Position numbers and translations under genes: made by a program. Below the pieces are notes generated by a model. It was given only the letters and a program-made list of their open reading frames with translations. It ran no database searches and was not told the origin of the DNA. Shown here in pieces: positions 55,505 to 64,000 of a stretch of DNA of 64,000 nucleotides (the stretch's first letter is position 1; the number at the start of each line of letters is the position of its first letter). Source of the DNA: a virus (taxonomy: Duplodnaviria > Heunggongvirae > Uroviricota > Caudoviricetes); the IMG/VR virus record IMGVR_UViG_3300033489_000001, positions 318,023-382,022 of that record. One strand, given 5' to 3'.

Positions 55505-57682
55505 TTATAAAGTTGACCTAAATAACGCTGAACCTAAGTACGGAATTCCCAAAATAAAGTCAATTGAAGGCGTCCCTGGGGGCAAAACGGGAGTGCCTCT
55601 GATTACACCTAATGCTGCCGCAGGGCTTCCAATCAAAACTTGAGCAGAATTCAATGCAATTGATACAGGAGCGGACAACGTCATAGAGGCCCCTGCCGTC
55701 AAACTCATAGCTAGTCCCGCTGTTATGGAGATGGCACCAGCCGCCGCTGATAAACTTAAGGCTCCCGCCGCCGTGGAGATTGATATTGCGCCACTCCCCA
55801 CCGTGACCGTATAAGCCCCTGCCGCCACGTTGGTTGACATTGCTCCCCCGGCAACAACGATTGACCTAGCCCCGGCTGCTAAAGTTTCTGTGAGCCCGCC
55901 AGCGAGTATGGTGGAGGTCTTCCCACCCAAGATAATTGTCTCAAGAACTTGCATGGCATACTGGTACTGACTCTTACCAGAATTTAGAAAGTCGTACCCA
56001 CCCGTATTAACGGCCATTCCCGATTGAGCATTGATGGAAAAGCGGTCAGCAAGAATTCTATATCCACCATTAACCGTAGTGGCCTTTGCCCCGGCCACGT
56101 TCTCAATTGAATCACCTGACGAATAAACTTGTTTAGTCCCTTGAAGATTTTCACTATACGCTATGTTGTTATTATCTGGGACACCTTGAGCTTCAATCAC
56201 GTACGAGGAGTGCGTACGGAAGATAAGAGCGGCACCAGAGGAGCCCCCACGAAAATCAAAAATTGCTCCACCTTCTAAAGTTAGATGCAAAGCAATACCG
56301 TCCGGCGTAGAAGCTCCCAAACGCATCTTGAGAGCCCCGTCCATATTGATCTCAGCCGAAACATTCTTTGTTCCAGAAGAGTACTTCTCAACCCGTGACC
56401 CTGGGATGTTCACAAAAAGCTTGCCTTGCTTTGAAACGGACATAGCAAAAGCGCTAGTTGTATCTGATCTTCCAGCAGGGTTAGGAGGGGGTATGATCCG
56501 GAGCAAATAAGCGCCCGCCGTAGTATAAGCTTCGCTATCATCTAAAGGAGACCTTGCTATAGGCTCCGTCACAAAGCTCGCTGGCCCTGTAGCTAAGAAA
56601 TCATCAAAAAGCTTAGGTCTTAGGACCTGGCCATATTGCTTCAACCCCGTATCCGAAGAGGTGTCATTCCCCACTAAAGTGCCTAACACACGTTCAATAT
56701 AAACAGGCTTTCGATCCATTTGAAAGCCATCAACCTCTTCAAGGACTTCTTGAACAAGGTCCGTTGTGTGCGTCAGTTCAATTCGATCTTCTGTGTAAAC
56801 TTCTCCAACGCCCGCATCAGGGTCTTCAAAGTTTACAGGGATTCCGTTGGAATCAGTTTGGTCGGGTAAAATGGCTGGATAGTAAGCTTGGCGGCCATTG
56901 GAGTAGGTAATTGGAGGAAAAGTTACTGTGTCGTTGATACTATCAAGAACAGTATCAGTACTCACTGTAAAACGTTTGAGAACTGTATTTCCAAAATACC
57001 GATCTCCAGAGTTTTTTAGTGTCTTTCCTTTTGAAAAGATATCTGGAGGCAGATAACTCCCACTTCTACGTGTTGGCCCTGAAAGTCTAAGAACGCCTGC
57101 ATCACTTTCCACACGATGAATGGTCTGTGAAACTAAAGTCCGATCGGAATCCCGAAGTTCAAATAAGTCCCCCGCCCGATTGACCATCTTGACATCTTTA
57201 GTCAACGCAAACTCTGCCCCAGATGAAGACATACCTCCTACATCGCCGGGTTTAAGTTGTAAGCGCTTATACCGCGTTTGCGGAGTGAAGGTCTTACTAT
57301 AAAGGTCCGCATCTTCGGGATCGATTGCGGATGGGTCAGAAGAAGACATGGGATCAAAACGCATCCCTGTCCGTTTACCAACGGGGATGTACCCAATAAT
57401 CATGGCTTCGTAGAGTTGCTTATGCCGCCTACGGTAGCCTATGATGACCATTGAGTTGACTTCTGGGATACCACCCCAAAAGCTACGAGGTCCCGCCATA
57501 GCCTGCGTTAGGTCAATCTCAAAACGTTCCCCACCGCCGGTAAGAATCTTGATATCAGCCTTTAATTCAAATTCATCTACGCGGGTAATGATGCCAACTT
57601 TAAGACCGAAAGGTGCTCCGGAGTCAACAAACTCAGCTCCATGCACATAACCGGACGGGTTTCTAGGTTTGAAATCAGACAT
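55505..57682 (-). CDS. baseplate central spike (gp5/gpV/VgrG-like)
   Basis: N-terminal OB-fold GIITRVD...GGIPEVNSMVIIGY; C-terminal beta-helix repeats. Confidence 0.7.
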   Translation of the reverse strand: MSDFKPRNPSGYVHGAEFVDSGAPFGLKVGIITRVDEFELKADIKILTGGGERFEIDLTQAMAGPRSFWGGIPEVNSMVIIGYRRRHKQLYEAMIIGYIPVGKRTGMRFDPMSSSDPSAIDPEDADLYSKTFTPQTRYKRLQLKPGDVGGMSSSGAEFALTKDVKMVNRAGDLFELRDSDRTLVSQTIHRVESDAGVLRLSGPTRRSGSYLPPDIFSKGKTLKNSGDRYFGNTVLKRFTVSTDTVLDSINDTVTFPPITYSNGRQAYYPAILPDQTDSNGIPVNFEDPDAGVGEVYTEDRIELTHTTDLVQEVLEEVDGFQMDRKPVYIERVLGTLVGNDTSSDTGLKQYGQVLRPKLFDDFLATGPASFVTEPIARSPLDDSEAYTTAGAYLLRIIPPPNPAGRSDTTSAFAMSVSKQGKLFVNIPGSRVEKYSSGTKNVSAEINMDGALKMRLGASTPDGIALHLTLEGGAIFDFRGGSSGAALIFRTHSSYVIEAQGVPDNNNIAYSENLQGTKQVYSSGDSIENVAGAKATTVNGGYRILADRFSINAQSGMAVNTGGYDFLNSGKSQYQYAMQVLETIILGGKTSTILAGGLTETLAAGARSIVVAGGAMSTNVAAGAYTVTVGSGAISISTAAGALSLSAAAGAISITAGLAMSLTAGASMTLSAPVSIALNSAQVLIGSPAAALGVIRGTPVLPPGTPSIDFILGIPYLGSALFRSTL

Positions 57683-60600
57683 TTGTACTCAACCTAGCTT
57701 GGTTGTTTGCCACTTCTTGTTGCAACTTGGCTATCTGTTGGTTAAGCGATTCAATAATCTTTGAAACGCTTGAGCCTGGTATAACTACAGTTGTTGATGG
57801 TGCTCCTTGCTGTCTTAAAAGTTGATCACGAGTAGCCGTAAGGCGTTGAATACTGGCTTGATCCTGACTGATTTGAGTTGATAACTTGGACCGTTCCGAA
57901 TTCTTACGTAAATCATTTCCGAAATTACTCCACGCCTTTGAAATGCCCTGTGCATTTGTCTGAATTGCTCCTAATGTAGCCTTAGGATCGCCCAACATAT
58001 AACGATTGCCGGGATTAAAAGGTGGAGCAAATTCCGATGGGGGGTTGATCTGATCTGCATTAAGTCCCGATGCGTTTCTGGGAGATATAGGTAATAAATC
58101 CCCTCTAATAGCACTTTCAAATTGTTGATGGGGCTCGTCGAGAGCTGCGTAAAGGTTGACTAAAAATTGGTCTATTTTCGAAATAACTTCCGCATTTGTT
58201 TGGGTGAGTATAGAGTTTGCAGGCGAGCTATATTGAGTTTGTAAACCACTGAATTTCTTTTGTGCCTCAGCAAGATTCCGCTCCAAGATGGTGTTATTCC
58301 AATCTTGTTCTAAGACAGCTTGCTGTTTCGCCTGATTTTCTGGATCTTCAAAAGCTTCTTTTTGAAGCTCTGCCAACTGGTTTTGTCCTTGACTAAGTTG
58401 GGTCGCTGCTAAAGTAACGGCTGATTCGGCTTGTTTTACAGCACTACTATTAGTATTGATGGGGCCTCCCCCGGCCTCTAATGATGTTAAAATCGAGGCG
58501 TCTCCGGTTGAGGTTCCAGACAATGTTTTTACTTGATACCCGGAATTAATCCACGCCAGCTCCTGCCTTCCCGTTATACATGCACAATCTTCATCACTCT
58601 TTGTTGACGAATCTTTCACAGACATTTCCATCAAAGTCAAAGCACGAGACAGTTGGGAAGCTTCAACTGATGGAGAACCTTTATCTTCTTGTGATCCAAG
58701 AGTGGGAGAACTAACAAAATTATCCCCTACGTCTACGAACTTAGGCTCCCTATTGTCTGGGGTTACGGGAACCAAAGCCGCCGCCGTTTGACGATCATCC
58801 GGGGTCAAAGTTGAGAGAGTGGAAGCAGGACTTTGATACCCAGTAGTTACCGTAACAAGTCCTTGAGATTGAGCTGTCAGCATCTCCTGTAAGCCGCCTT
58901 TGCCACCTGAAAGGGCTAGCTGTACGTCTACCGTCGCCCGTGTTCCCGTAGCGCTATTAGTAATCAACCGGCCGTCTTTCAAGAAAAGACGACGCCCATA
59001 TTGGAAATGTCCAATGACTTCAAAACCGCGTTCATCGCTCACAGGACGAATTAAGGCAGTCTTACCCCGAAGAGCAGCAAGAGCTGCATCATCTTTTGGT
59101 TTAACGTTTAGATTCTTTTGAGGCAAGAGAAGAATCTCACTAATAACCCCACCACCGGCTGAAGAATCGCGTGCATAGACATAGACACCGGCTGAATTAA
59201 GTCCGTATTGATAGCGGTTAGTTAGATATTTGTCGAGGATAGTGCTTGTTTTGTTAGCTACAAGAGAGGCAAAAACTTGCTGGTTATCTTCACTCAATAC
59301 TGCTTGTTGCGCTTCCTGATTCTTTTTAGCAACGTTAGGATTTGGACCTGTCTTTTGTCCTGCTGCCTTCGCTACAGAATCAAGATCTGATGGAGCAAAT
59401 GGTCGAGTATAGACCATAACGACATTAGGATATCCAACAATACGCCCTGTCTTTGGGTGCCGCAAAATAAGGGGTTCGTAAGGATTATCTGTCCCCGCTT
59501 TAGCTTCAAAAGCATCTGCCGAAGGAGGCAAAGAGGCTGTGTGTGAAGCATCAAGCTTAAACATGCTCTTGGAAAGCTGCTTAGAGCTGTAGCGAAAGGA
59601 ACGAGGAATATTTTCTTTATTCGCTTCCGTTTCACCTTTGGGGCCAGAAGAAAGTTTTAGATCCCCGATACCTCTTGGAGCGATAAACTTAGAACGTTTA
59701 GCCGTTAGAGTCAGAGAAGTTGTGGCTCTACCCCCAAATTGTATACTGTGACTGATTCCTGATACGTACCAGATTTGATCTTTAGGAGCAATATAGATAG
59801 GAAACCCGAGGCGTAGTTCGGGTCTCATCGGAATAGTCACAGTCCCTCTGTGCCTACGGGAATTAATACGGTCCAACGTATCAAGACCCCAATAGAACAT
59901 AAGTTGAAGATCAGACAAGAATTCCGAATTCAAAGATTGCGAACGCCAACCATATTTTCGCAACAGATGATAATCTGTGACGGAGGTAAAAGGACTTATC
60001 TCAGCCGATACTCCTATATCAACAGTACCCGCAAAGGAACCTTGTAGAATAAGTTGTGTAACAACTTCCGACTCGGATTCTGAGAAATCCCAATCTATAA
60101 CGTCAATGTCTTGTATCCATGAAAGAGGCTTATTACTAATAACATCCAAATTATAAAAAGGGGGCTTAAATACAATGTCCCCAGTTACGTCCATATAAAA
60201 TTCAAAACCAATGGCGTTTTTAGCTGCATTAGCTAGCTCTAACTTTGTTTGGTACTCGGATTGCCACAGATCAACTTGACCAGCATTTGACATTACCTGT
60301 TTATACGCAACGACATTAGGAGAAGCAGGATCAAATATCGCTTGACCGCCACCATGAGTACCTGCACCTATAGCTCTTGAAGCAACCTTATTTGCCACTA
60401 CTTGGCCACTCTGATGATACCTTGGGTATTTCTGGTATAAAGTATCCCCCCGTACAGAGTTGCCTTGTGTCCCATACAAAACAAGATTGCTTCGCATACG
60501 GGTAAAGCGCTTTTCCCAATAAGCCATCATATCGGAAAGCGCATTTTGAAACGTAGGTCTCTGTGCAGACTCTTTAACTAATTGCTGCATAGACCCCGTT

Positions 60601-61181
60601 GCAACTATTATGTCACCAAAAGATTGTAGGGCTAATGAATAAATTAGATCGTAAGGATTTACCTGAGCGTAAACACCACCTCTAGCGTAATCTTTGCCAA
60701 GTTGCCCATCAGGAGCCGTATAGGCAGGATTGATATTCATCTTGCAAATATCCCACCACTTCAATATATCTTGGCAGTGGGTAGATACTGTATGCTCCCC
60801 ACCTGAATAATTGTCAGTAACTTCTGTAACAATGCCCCAAAAGATAGGATAGTACTGCGGAACGCCCTCAACTAAGTAGTACCCTTTGGCATAGATCTCA
60901 ACTTCCATCATTGGAGTAATGAGAGCTTCCCCATCGAAGTAGAATTGATCTATAGAATGACGTGGGATGGACAAGTTTATGGAAGCGCTTCCAGGAGAAC
61001 TGTCCACGCTCAAATCAGTTTGGATAGAGGTAATATACCGGTTCAGGTTAAATGAACGCTGGCAACGAGGGCATCCGATTACGTCAATCTGTCCATTGAT
61101 ATAAACAACAGCGTCCGGAGCCGTAACTACAGTAGGCCGGATGTTCGGTTGGAAAGTGCCTTGGAAGGGACTGCGAGCCAT
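57675..61181 (-). CDS. baseplate hub (gp27/gpD-like)
   Basis: FWG.VT.V.......G, EFYMD..GDIVFKPPFYN, GTVTIPMRPELRLGFP, YV.GISH. Confidence 0.7.
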   Translation of the reverse strand: MARSPFQGTFQPNIRPTVVTAPDAVVYINGQIDVIGCPRCQRSFNLNRYITSIQTDLSVDSSPGSASINLSIPRHSIDQFYFDGEALITPMMEVEIYAKGYYLVEGVPQYYPIFWGIVTEVTDNYSGGEHTVSTHCQDILKWWDICKMNINPAYTAPDGQLGKDYARGGVYAQVNPYDLIYSLALQSFGDIIVATGSMQQLVKESAQRPTFQNALSDMMAYWEKRFTRMRSNLVLYGTQGNSVRGDTLYQKYPRYHQSGQVVANKVASRAIGAGTHGGGQAIFDPASPNVVAYKQVMSNAGQVDLWQSEYQTKLELANAAKNAIGFEFYMDVTGDIVFKPPFYNLDVISNKPLSWIQDIDVIDWDFSESESEVVTQLILQGSFAGTVDIGVSAEISPFTSVTDYHLLRKYGWRSQSLNSEFLSDLQLMFYWGLDTLDRINSRRHRGTVTIPMRPELRLGFPIYIAPKDQIWYVSGISHSIQFGGRATTSLTLTAKRSKFIAPRGIGDLKLSSGPKGETEANKENIPRSFRYSSKQLSKSMFKLDASHTASLPPSADAFEAKAGTDNPYEPLILRHPKTGRIVGYPNVVMVYTRPFAPSDLDSVAKAAGQKTGPNPNVAKKNQEAQQAVLSEDNQQVFASLVANKTSTILDKYLTNRYQYGLNSAGVYVYARDSSAGGGVISEILLLPQKNLNVKPKDDAALAALRGKTALIRPVSDERGFEVIGHFQYGRRLFLKDGRLITNSATGTRATVDVQLALSGGKGGLQEMLTAQSQGLVTVTTGYQSPASTLSTLTPDDRQTAAALVPVTPDNREPKFVDVGDNFVSSPTLGSQEDKGSPSVEASQLSRALTLMEMSVKDSSTKSDEDCACITGRQELAWINSGYQVKTLSGTSTGDASILTSLEAGGGPINTNSSAVKQAESAVTLAATQLSQGQNQLAELQKEAFEDPENQAKQQAVLEQDWNNTILERNLAEAQKKFSGLQTQYSSPANSILTQTNAEVISKIDQFLVNLYAALDEPHQQFESAIRGDLLPISPRNASGLNADQINPPSEFAPPFNPGNRYMLGDPKATLGAIQTNAQGISKAWSNFGNDLRKNSERSKLSTQISQDQASIQRLTATRDQLLRQQGAPSTTVVIPGSSVSKIIESLNQQIAKLQQEVANNQARLSTNV

Positions 61182-62932
61182 TAAGTCCCCCCTTCAAAAA
61201 CGCCGCCCTCAGCAAAATCCGAAGGACCAACTGGACCTAACCCATCAGGAGCCGTAGGCAACTGTACATTAGGGCTTAGTTGGGCATTATTAGCACCTGA
61301 CAATGCCGGAGTGTTTGAGCTTGTTGTAGCTAAAGAAGGAACTTTTGCCTGACCATAAGTGTATTGAGCGTCCCCTAAGTGGTCGAGAAGGAATGTGGCT
61401 CTGACCGTGAAAGAAAACGAATACTCTAATGAAAAGGGCGCGGTCTCTGACTCAGTGAGGGAAAATGAATCGAAGGAACCTACGTAAAGAAAATTATCAT
61501 AATACAGGTATACACTTCCGACTACGGAAAGGTTTTTTGCCTTTGACCCCGCTGGAACAAGAGGGTCGGGAAACCAAACCCCTCCATTATTCTTATAGAT
61601 GAGCCAGAGGGCTAACAAATTCTGATAGCTTGTTGAAAACTGACGCGCGGTACGGGTCAAACCAGGGCCGGTAGCATCAAGAACGGACATTGAATAAAAG
61701 CCCGCTACTTTTCCAGAGCCTTCAATCTTATCTTGGGAGTCGCCCCAGAACTCAATTATTGGACCACTTCGTCCCCAGTTACCATCGGAGATTATCTTCT
61801 CGGCTGATACCCTAAACGATTGTGGATTTACCAAGAGCCTGAGTGGGGGTGTGTCAGCCATTTGCTCTAAAGCATTGATCATCTGATTGATCATGACTTG
61901 CTGTTGAGCCATGAACTTTTTACCTAAATTAGTCTGATTCAAATCTTTGTTGGCTACTTGAGAAGCCGTTTTAGATGCCTGTTGGGCGTTATCAGAACCC
62001 TTAGTAGCCCACTTAGAAGCTGTCTCCCCATCTTGATCAACAGCACAAGAGGGAACTATTTCTTTATCAGCTTTCGCATTAGCAATAGCCGCCCCATTTT
62101 GCTGTAACCATTTTACAGGATCAAGACGTTGGGGTACTCCAACATAACTAGGGGAAGTACCTTTATTAGCAACGATGCCGGATGATCTAGGAAAACCTTC
62201 AACACGCTTAGACAAGACTTCAAAATGTAAATGAGTTGCAGGAGCAAATTTACTATTTACAACAGGAGTGTCAGTATTCCCCACATAACCAATTACGGTA
62301 CCAGCCGTAACCTTAGTTCCAACCGCCATCCCCGGTCCAAAATCATCCATATGAGCATAGAGGGTTATATTGCCATTGGCGTGCTCGACCATGATTACGT
62401 GGCCGTAACCAAGCCTAGTTCCATTTGGAGAAATATCTACTACAGTACCATCAAGTGGCACCCTGATTTCAGACCCTTGTTTTGCACCAATATCAATGCC
62501 CTGATGCAGTTTAGTACCCCCTCCTTGTACCTCACGTACTTCATGAAACGGCCTAGTGAGACATCCATTTTGAACAAGTCCTGAACCAGGCCTGACTACA
62601 AAATCTGCTGGGCGAGTGTCATCCGTTTGCGGAGTTTCTGGGTCTAAATCAAATTTAGTATCATCTCCTTGTCCCAAAGCCTGAACCGACGCAGACCGGT
62701 CTAGTAACCGGCCTGACACATTAGATGAAGGGGGGATCAATCCTACGGCAAAGAGTAAAGCCCGATCAGGGCCATAAGACTGAACTGTGGTTAGAGGAAT
62801 AAATTGTCCGTCCAAAGGCTCTTGTTGGTTTTCCAAAGAATGATAAAAAGATAGCAACTCGTAAACAGCGGGCTGATAGAAATCCGCAGATTGTTCTATC
62901 TGTAAATAGACCTTATTTTCACTAGTAGCCAT
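61181..62932 (-). CDS. tail/baseplate protein with internal M23 peptidase
   Basis: HQGIDIG, YAHM, G..IGYVGNT, HLHFEV; C-terminal LLVNP...YVGSFDSF...F.YSF.F tube-initiator-like domain. Confidence 0.8.
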   Translation of the reverse strand: MATSENKVYLQIEQSADFYQPAVYELLSFYHSLENQQEPLDGQFIPLTTVQSYGPDRALLFAVGLIPPSSNVSGRLLDRSASVQALGQGDDTKFDLDPETPQTDDTRPADFVVRPGSGLVQNGCLTRPFHEVREVQGGGTKLHQGIDIGAKQGSEIRVPLDGTVVDISPNGTRLGYGHVIMVEHANGNITLYAHMDDFGPGMAVGTKVTAGTVIGYVGNTDTPVVNSKFAPATHLHFEVLSKRVEGFPRSSGIVANKGTSPSYVGVPQRLDPVKWLQQNGAAIANAKADKEIVPSCAVDQDGETASKWATKGSDNAQQASKTASQVANKDLNQTNLGKKFMAQQQVMINQMINALEQMADTPPLRLLVNPQSFRVSAEKIISDGNWGRSGPIIEFWGDSQDKIEGSGKVAGFYSMSVLDATGPGLTRTARQFSTSYQNLLALWLIYKNNGGVWFPDPLVPAGSKAKNLSVVGSVYLYYDNFLYVGSFDSFSLTESETAPFSLEYSFSFTVRATFLLDHLGDAQYTYGQAKVPSLATTSSNTPALSGANNAQLSPNVQLPTAPDGLGPVGPSDFAEGGVFEGGT

Positions 62933-63606
62933 TAGGTATGGGTATTCAACGACTTAGTTGTGTTATTCTGTGTTTGAAAGTTAGCATAATTAGAGACCCC
63001 TCTGGCAGCTGGATTAATACTTAATCCGGGGATTTTCATTAGCTCTTCTTCCACTTTGAAAGTCCACGAGATCCGAAAAGCAAAAGGCTGGTCAGCAGTT
63101 TCTTCAACTTCAAAAGTTCGGAAGTATCCTATATACGTCCCCCGATCATACATGAGCATTATGTTCCCTTGAAGAACAATATTGCCGTAAGGATCATAGA
63201 CGCTTCCATTATTACGGTATAGATCTTGTAAATCACGGTAACGATCCCAAGCAATTGTCTTTTGCCTGAGTACCGATGATAACCCAGTATAGACATTCAT
63301 AAATGCTCCTGTAGAACCATCGGCGCTTATGTCTGTCAATTCCTCTCCCCAAAATTGTTCGACCCATCCACCCCGAGTCTGAATACGATCAACCTTCTTA
63401 GTGTGATTCTCAGTATAATTTTGGGGATTAATGTGAAGCACTAAGGAATGAGGCAATAAAACTCTTAGACTATTAAATGGACTCGTTACTTGAAAAGCCA
63501 TTGGGATAAAAGACTTCCGCTGCTCAAGCCCATGCGTATAGTTAGGGCTCTCCGAAGGAACCTGTAAAAGGTCAGAATCAGTATTAGCTGACGGGATATG
63601 AGGCAT
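62932..63606 (-). CDS. tail tube initiator/baseplate protein
   Basis: HINP, IQTRGGWVEQFWG, YIGYF..F...E....PF...W.F; paralogous to the C-terminus of 61181-62932. Confidence 0.6.
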   Translation of the reverse strand: MPHIPSANTDSDLLQVPSESPNYTHGLEQRKSFIPMAFQVTSPFNSLRVLLPHSLVLHINPQNYTENHTKKVDRIQTRGGWVEQFWGEELTDISADGSTGAFMNVYTGLSSVLRQKTIAWDRYRDLQDLYRNNGSVYDPYGNIVLQGNIMLMYDRGTYIGYFRTFEVEETADQPFAFRISWTFKVEEELMKIPGLSINPAARGVSNYANFQTQNNTTKSLNTHT

Positions 63607-63617
63607 TCAAGCTACCT

Positions 63618-64000
63618 TTAATGAAGACGTTTGTTTTGTTCAAACTTAGCTGAGCCCTCTACCACTCTGGCTTCGATAAACCTACGAAGATCACCCTTCA
63701 ACTCCAACTCAACTTTTACATTTCCACCGCCTCTACCTCCACCGGCACCGGCCGGAAGAATCTTTTCCCCCATGCCTATCGGAGTCCAACCTTCTCCTGG
63801 AGGCAGTTTAGACAAGTTGGCCCGGCCATTGGTTATACTAGCTACCACACCTCCAGAAGCTTTAGGTGCAGCTTTTTCAGCATCAGCTATTGCTTTAGCT
63901 AAAGCCGCTTGCGGACTACCTAAATCCGCAGCTCCTCCAGCCACCTTTTGACCTATTGTGGTAGCATCAAAAGCCCCTGTCTTTAAACCTTTAGCCACTT
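63618..64000 (-). CDS. C-terminal end of tape measure protein (partial)
   Basis: Open to the window edge; ASGGVV...GEKILP...VKVELEL pattern; upstream of the hub genes. Confidence 0.55.
   Translation of the reverse strand, partial: VAKGLKTGAFDATTIGQKVAGGAADLGSPQAALAKAIADAEKAAPKASGGVVASITNGRANLSKLPPGEGWTPIGMGEKILPAGAGGGRGGGNVKVELELKGDLRRFIEARVVEGSAKFEQNKRLH

Noticed and set aside
18113-64000. Many short plus-strand and nested ORFs
   Set aside because: Antisense or out-of-frame shadows of long structural genes, with no recognisable motifs
1-64000. Stop-codon recoding, tRNAs, diversity-generating retroelement
   Set aside because: Long ORFs are intact in the standard code and TAG/TGA serve as stops; no tRNA cloverleaf, reverse transcriptase or adenine-specific TR/VR pair was noticed

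Overview
A 64-kb segment of a large, probably jumbo, contractile-tailed bacteriophage genome read in the standard genetic code. From ~18 kb to the right edge it is a minus-strand virion morphogenesis block: tape-measure C-terminus, M23 peptidase, hub, spike, gp25-like, baseplate J and I, and large fibre/wedge proteins. This block is interrupted by an HNH endonuclease, a zincin metallopeptidase, a SpeD and a deleted tnpB element. The left ~9 kb holds a SNF2 helicase, a J-domain protein, a second SpeD, a putative lysis/envelope cluster and a DNA methyltransferase fused to a nuclease-like domain. The 9.3-18.1 kb region is an accessory island: a myxobacterial-style Cys-rich lipoprotein, a P63C-family protein, a DUF4160/DUF2442 cluster and a duplicated GNAT module. 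The most notable unannotated signal is a dispersed family of 37-bp CRISPR-type hairpin repeats ending in ATTGAAAC, with no cas genes in the window. It comprises one 3-repeat/2-spacer mini-array (16900-17082) and three solitary repeats (6811, 6953, 25421), two of which follow a homologous ~100-bp leader. Other findings are triplicated gene-end scars bounding the accessory cassettes, a shared leader peptide grafted onto toxin-like domains, and a tnpB remnant whose end rebuilds the start of the gene it interrupts. All protein calls come from motif recognition by eye; no database searches were run.
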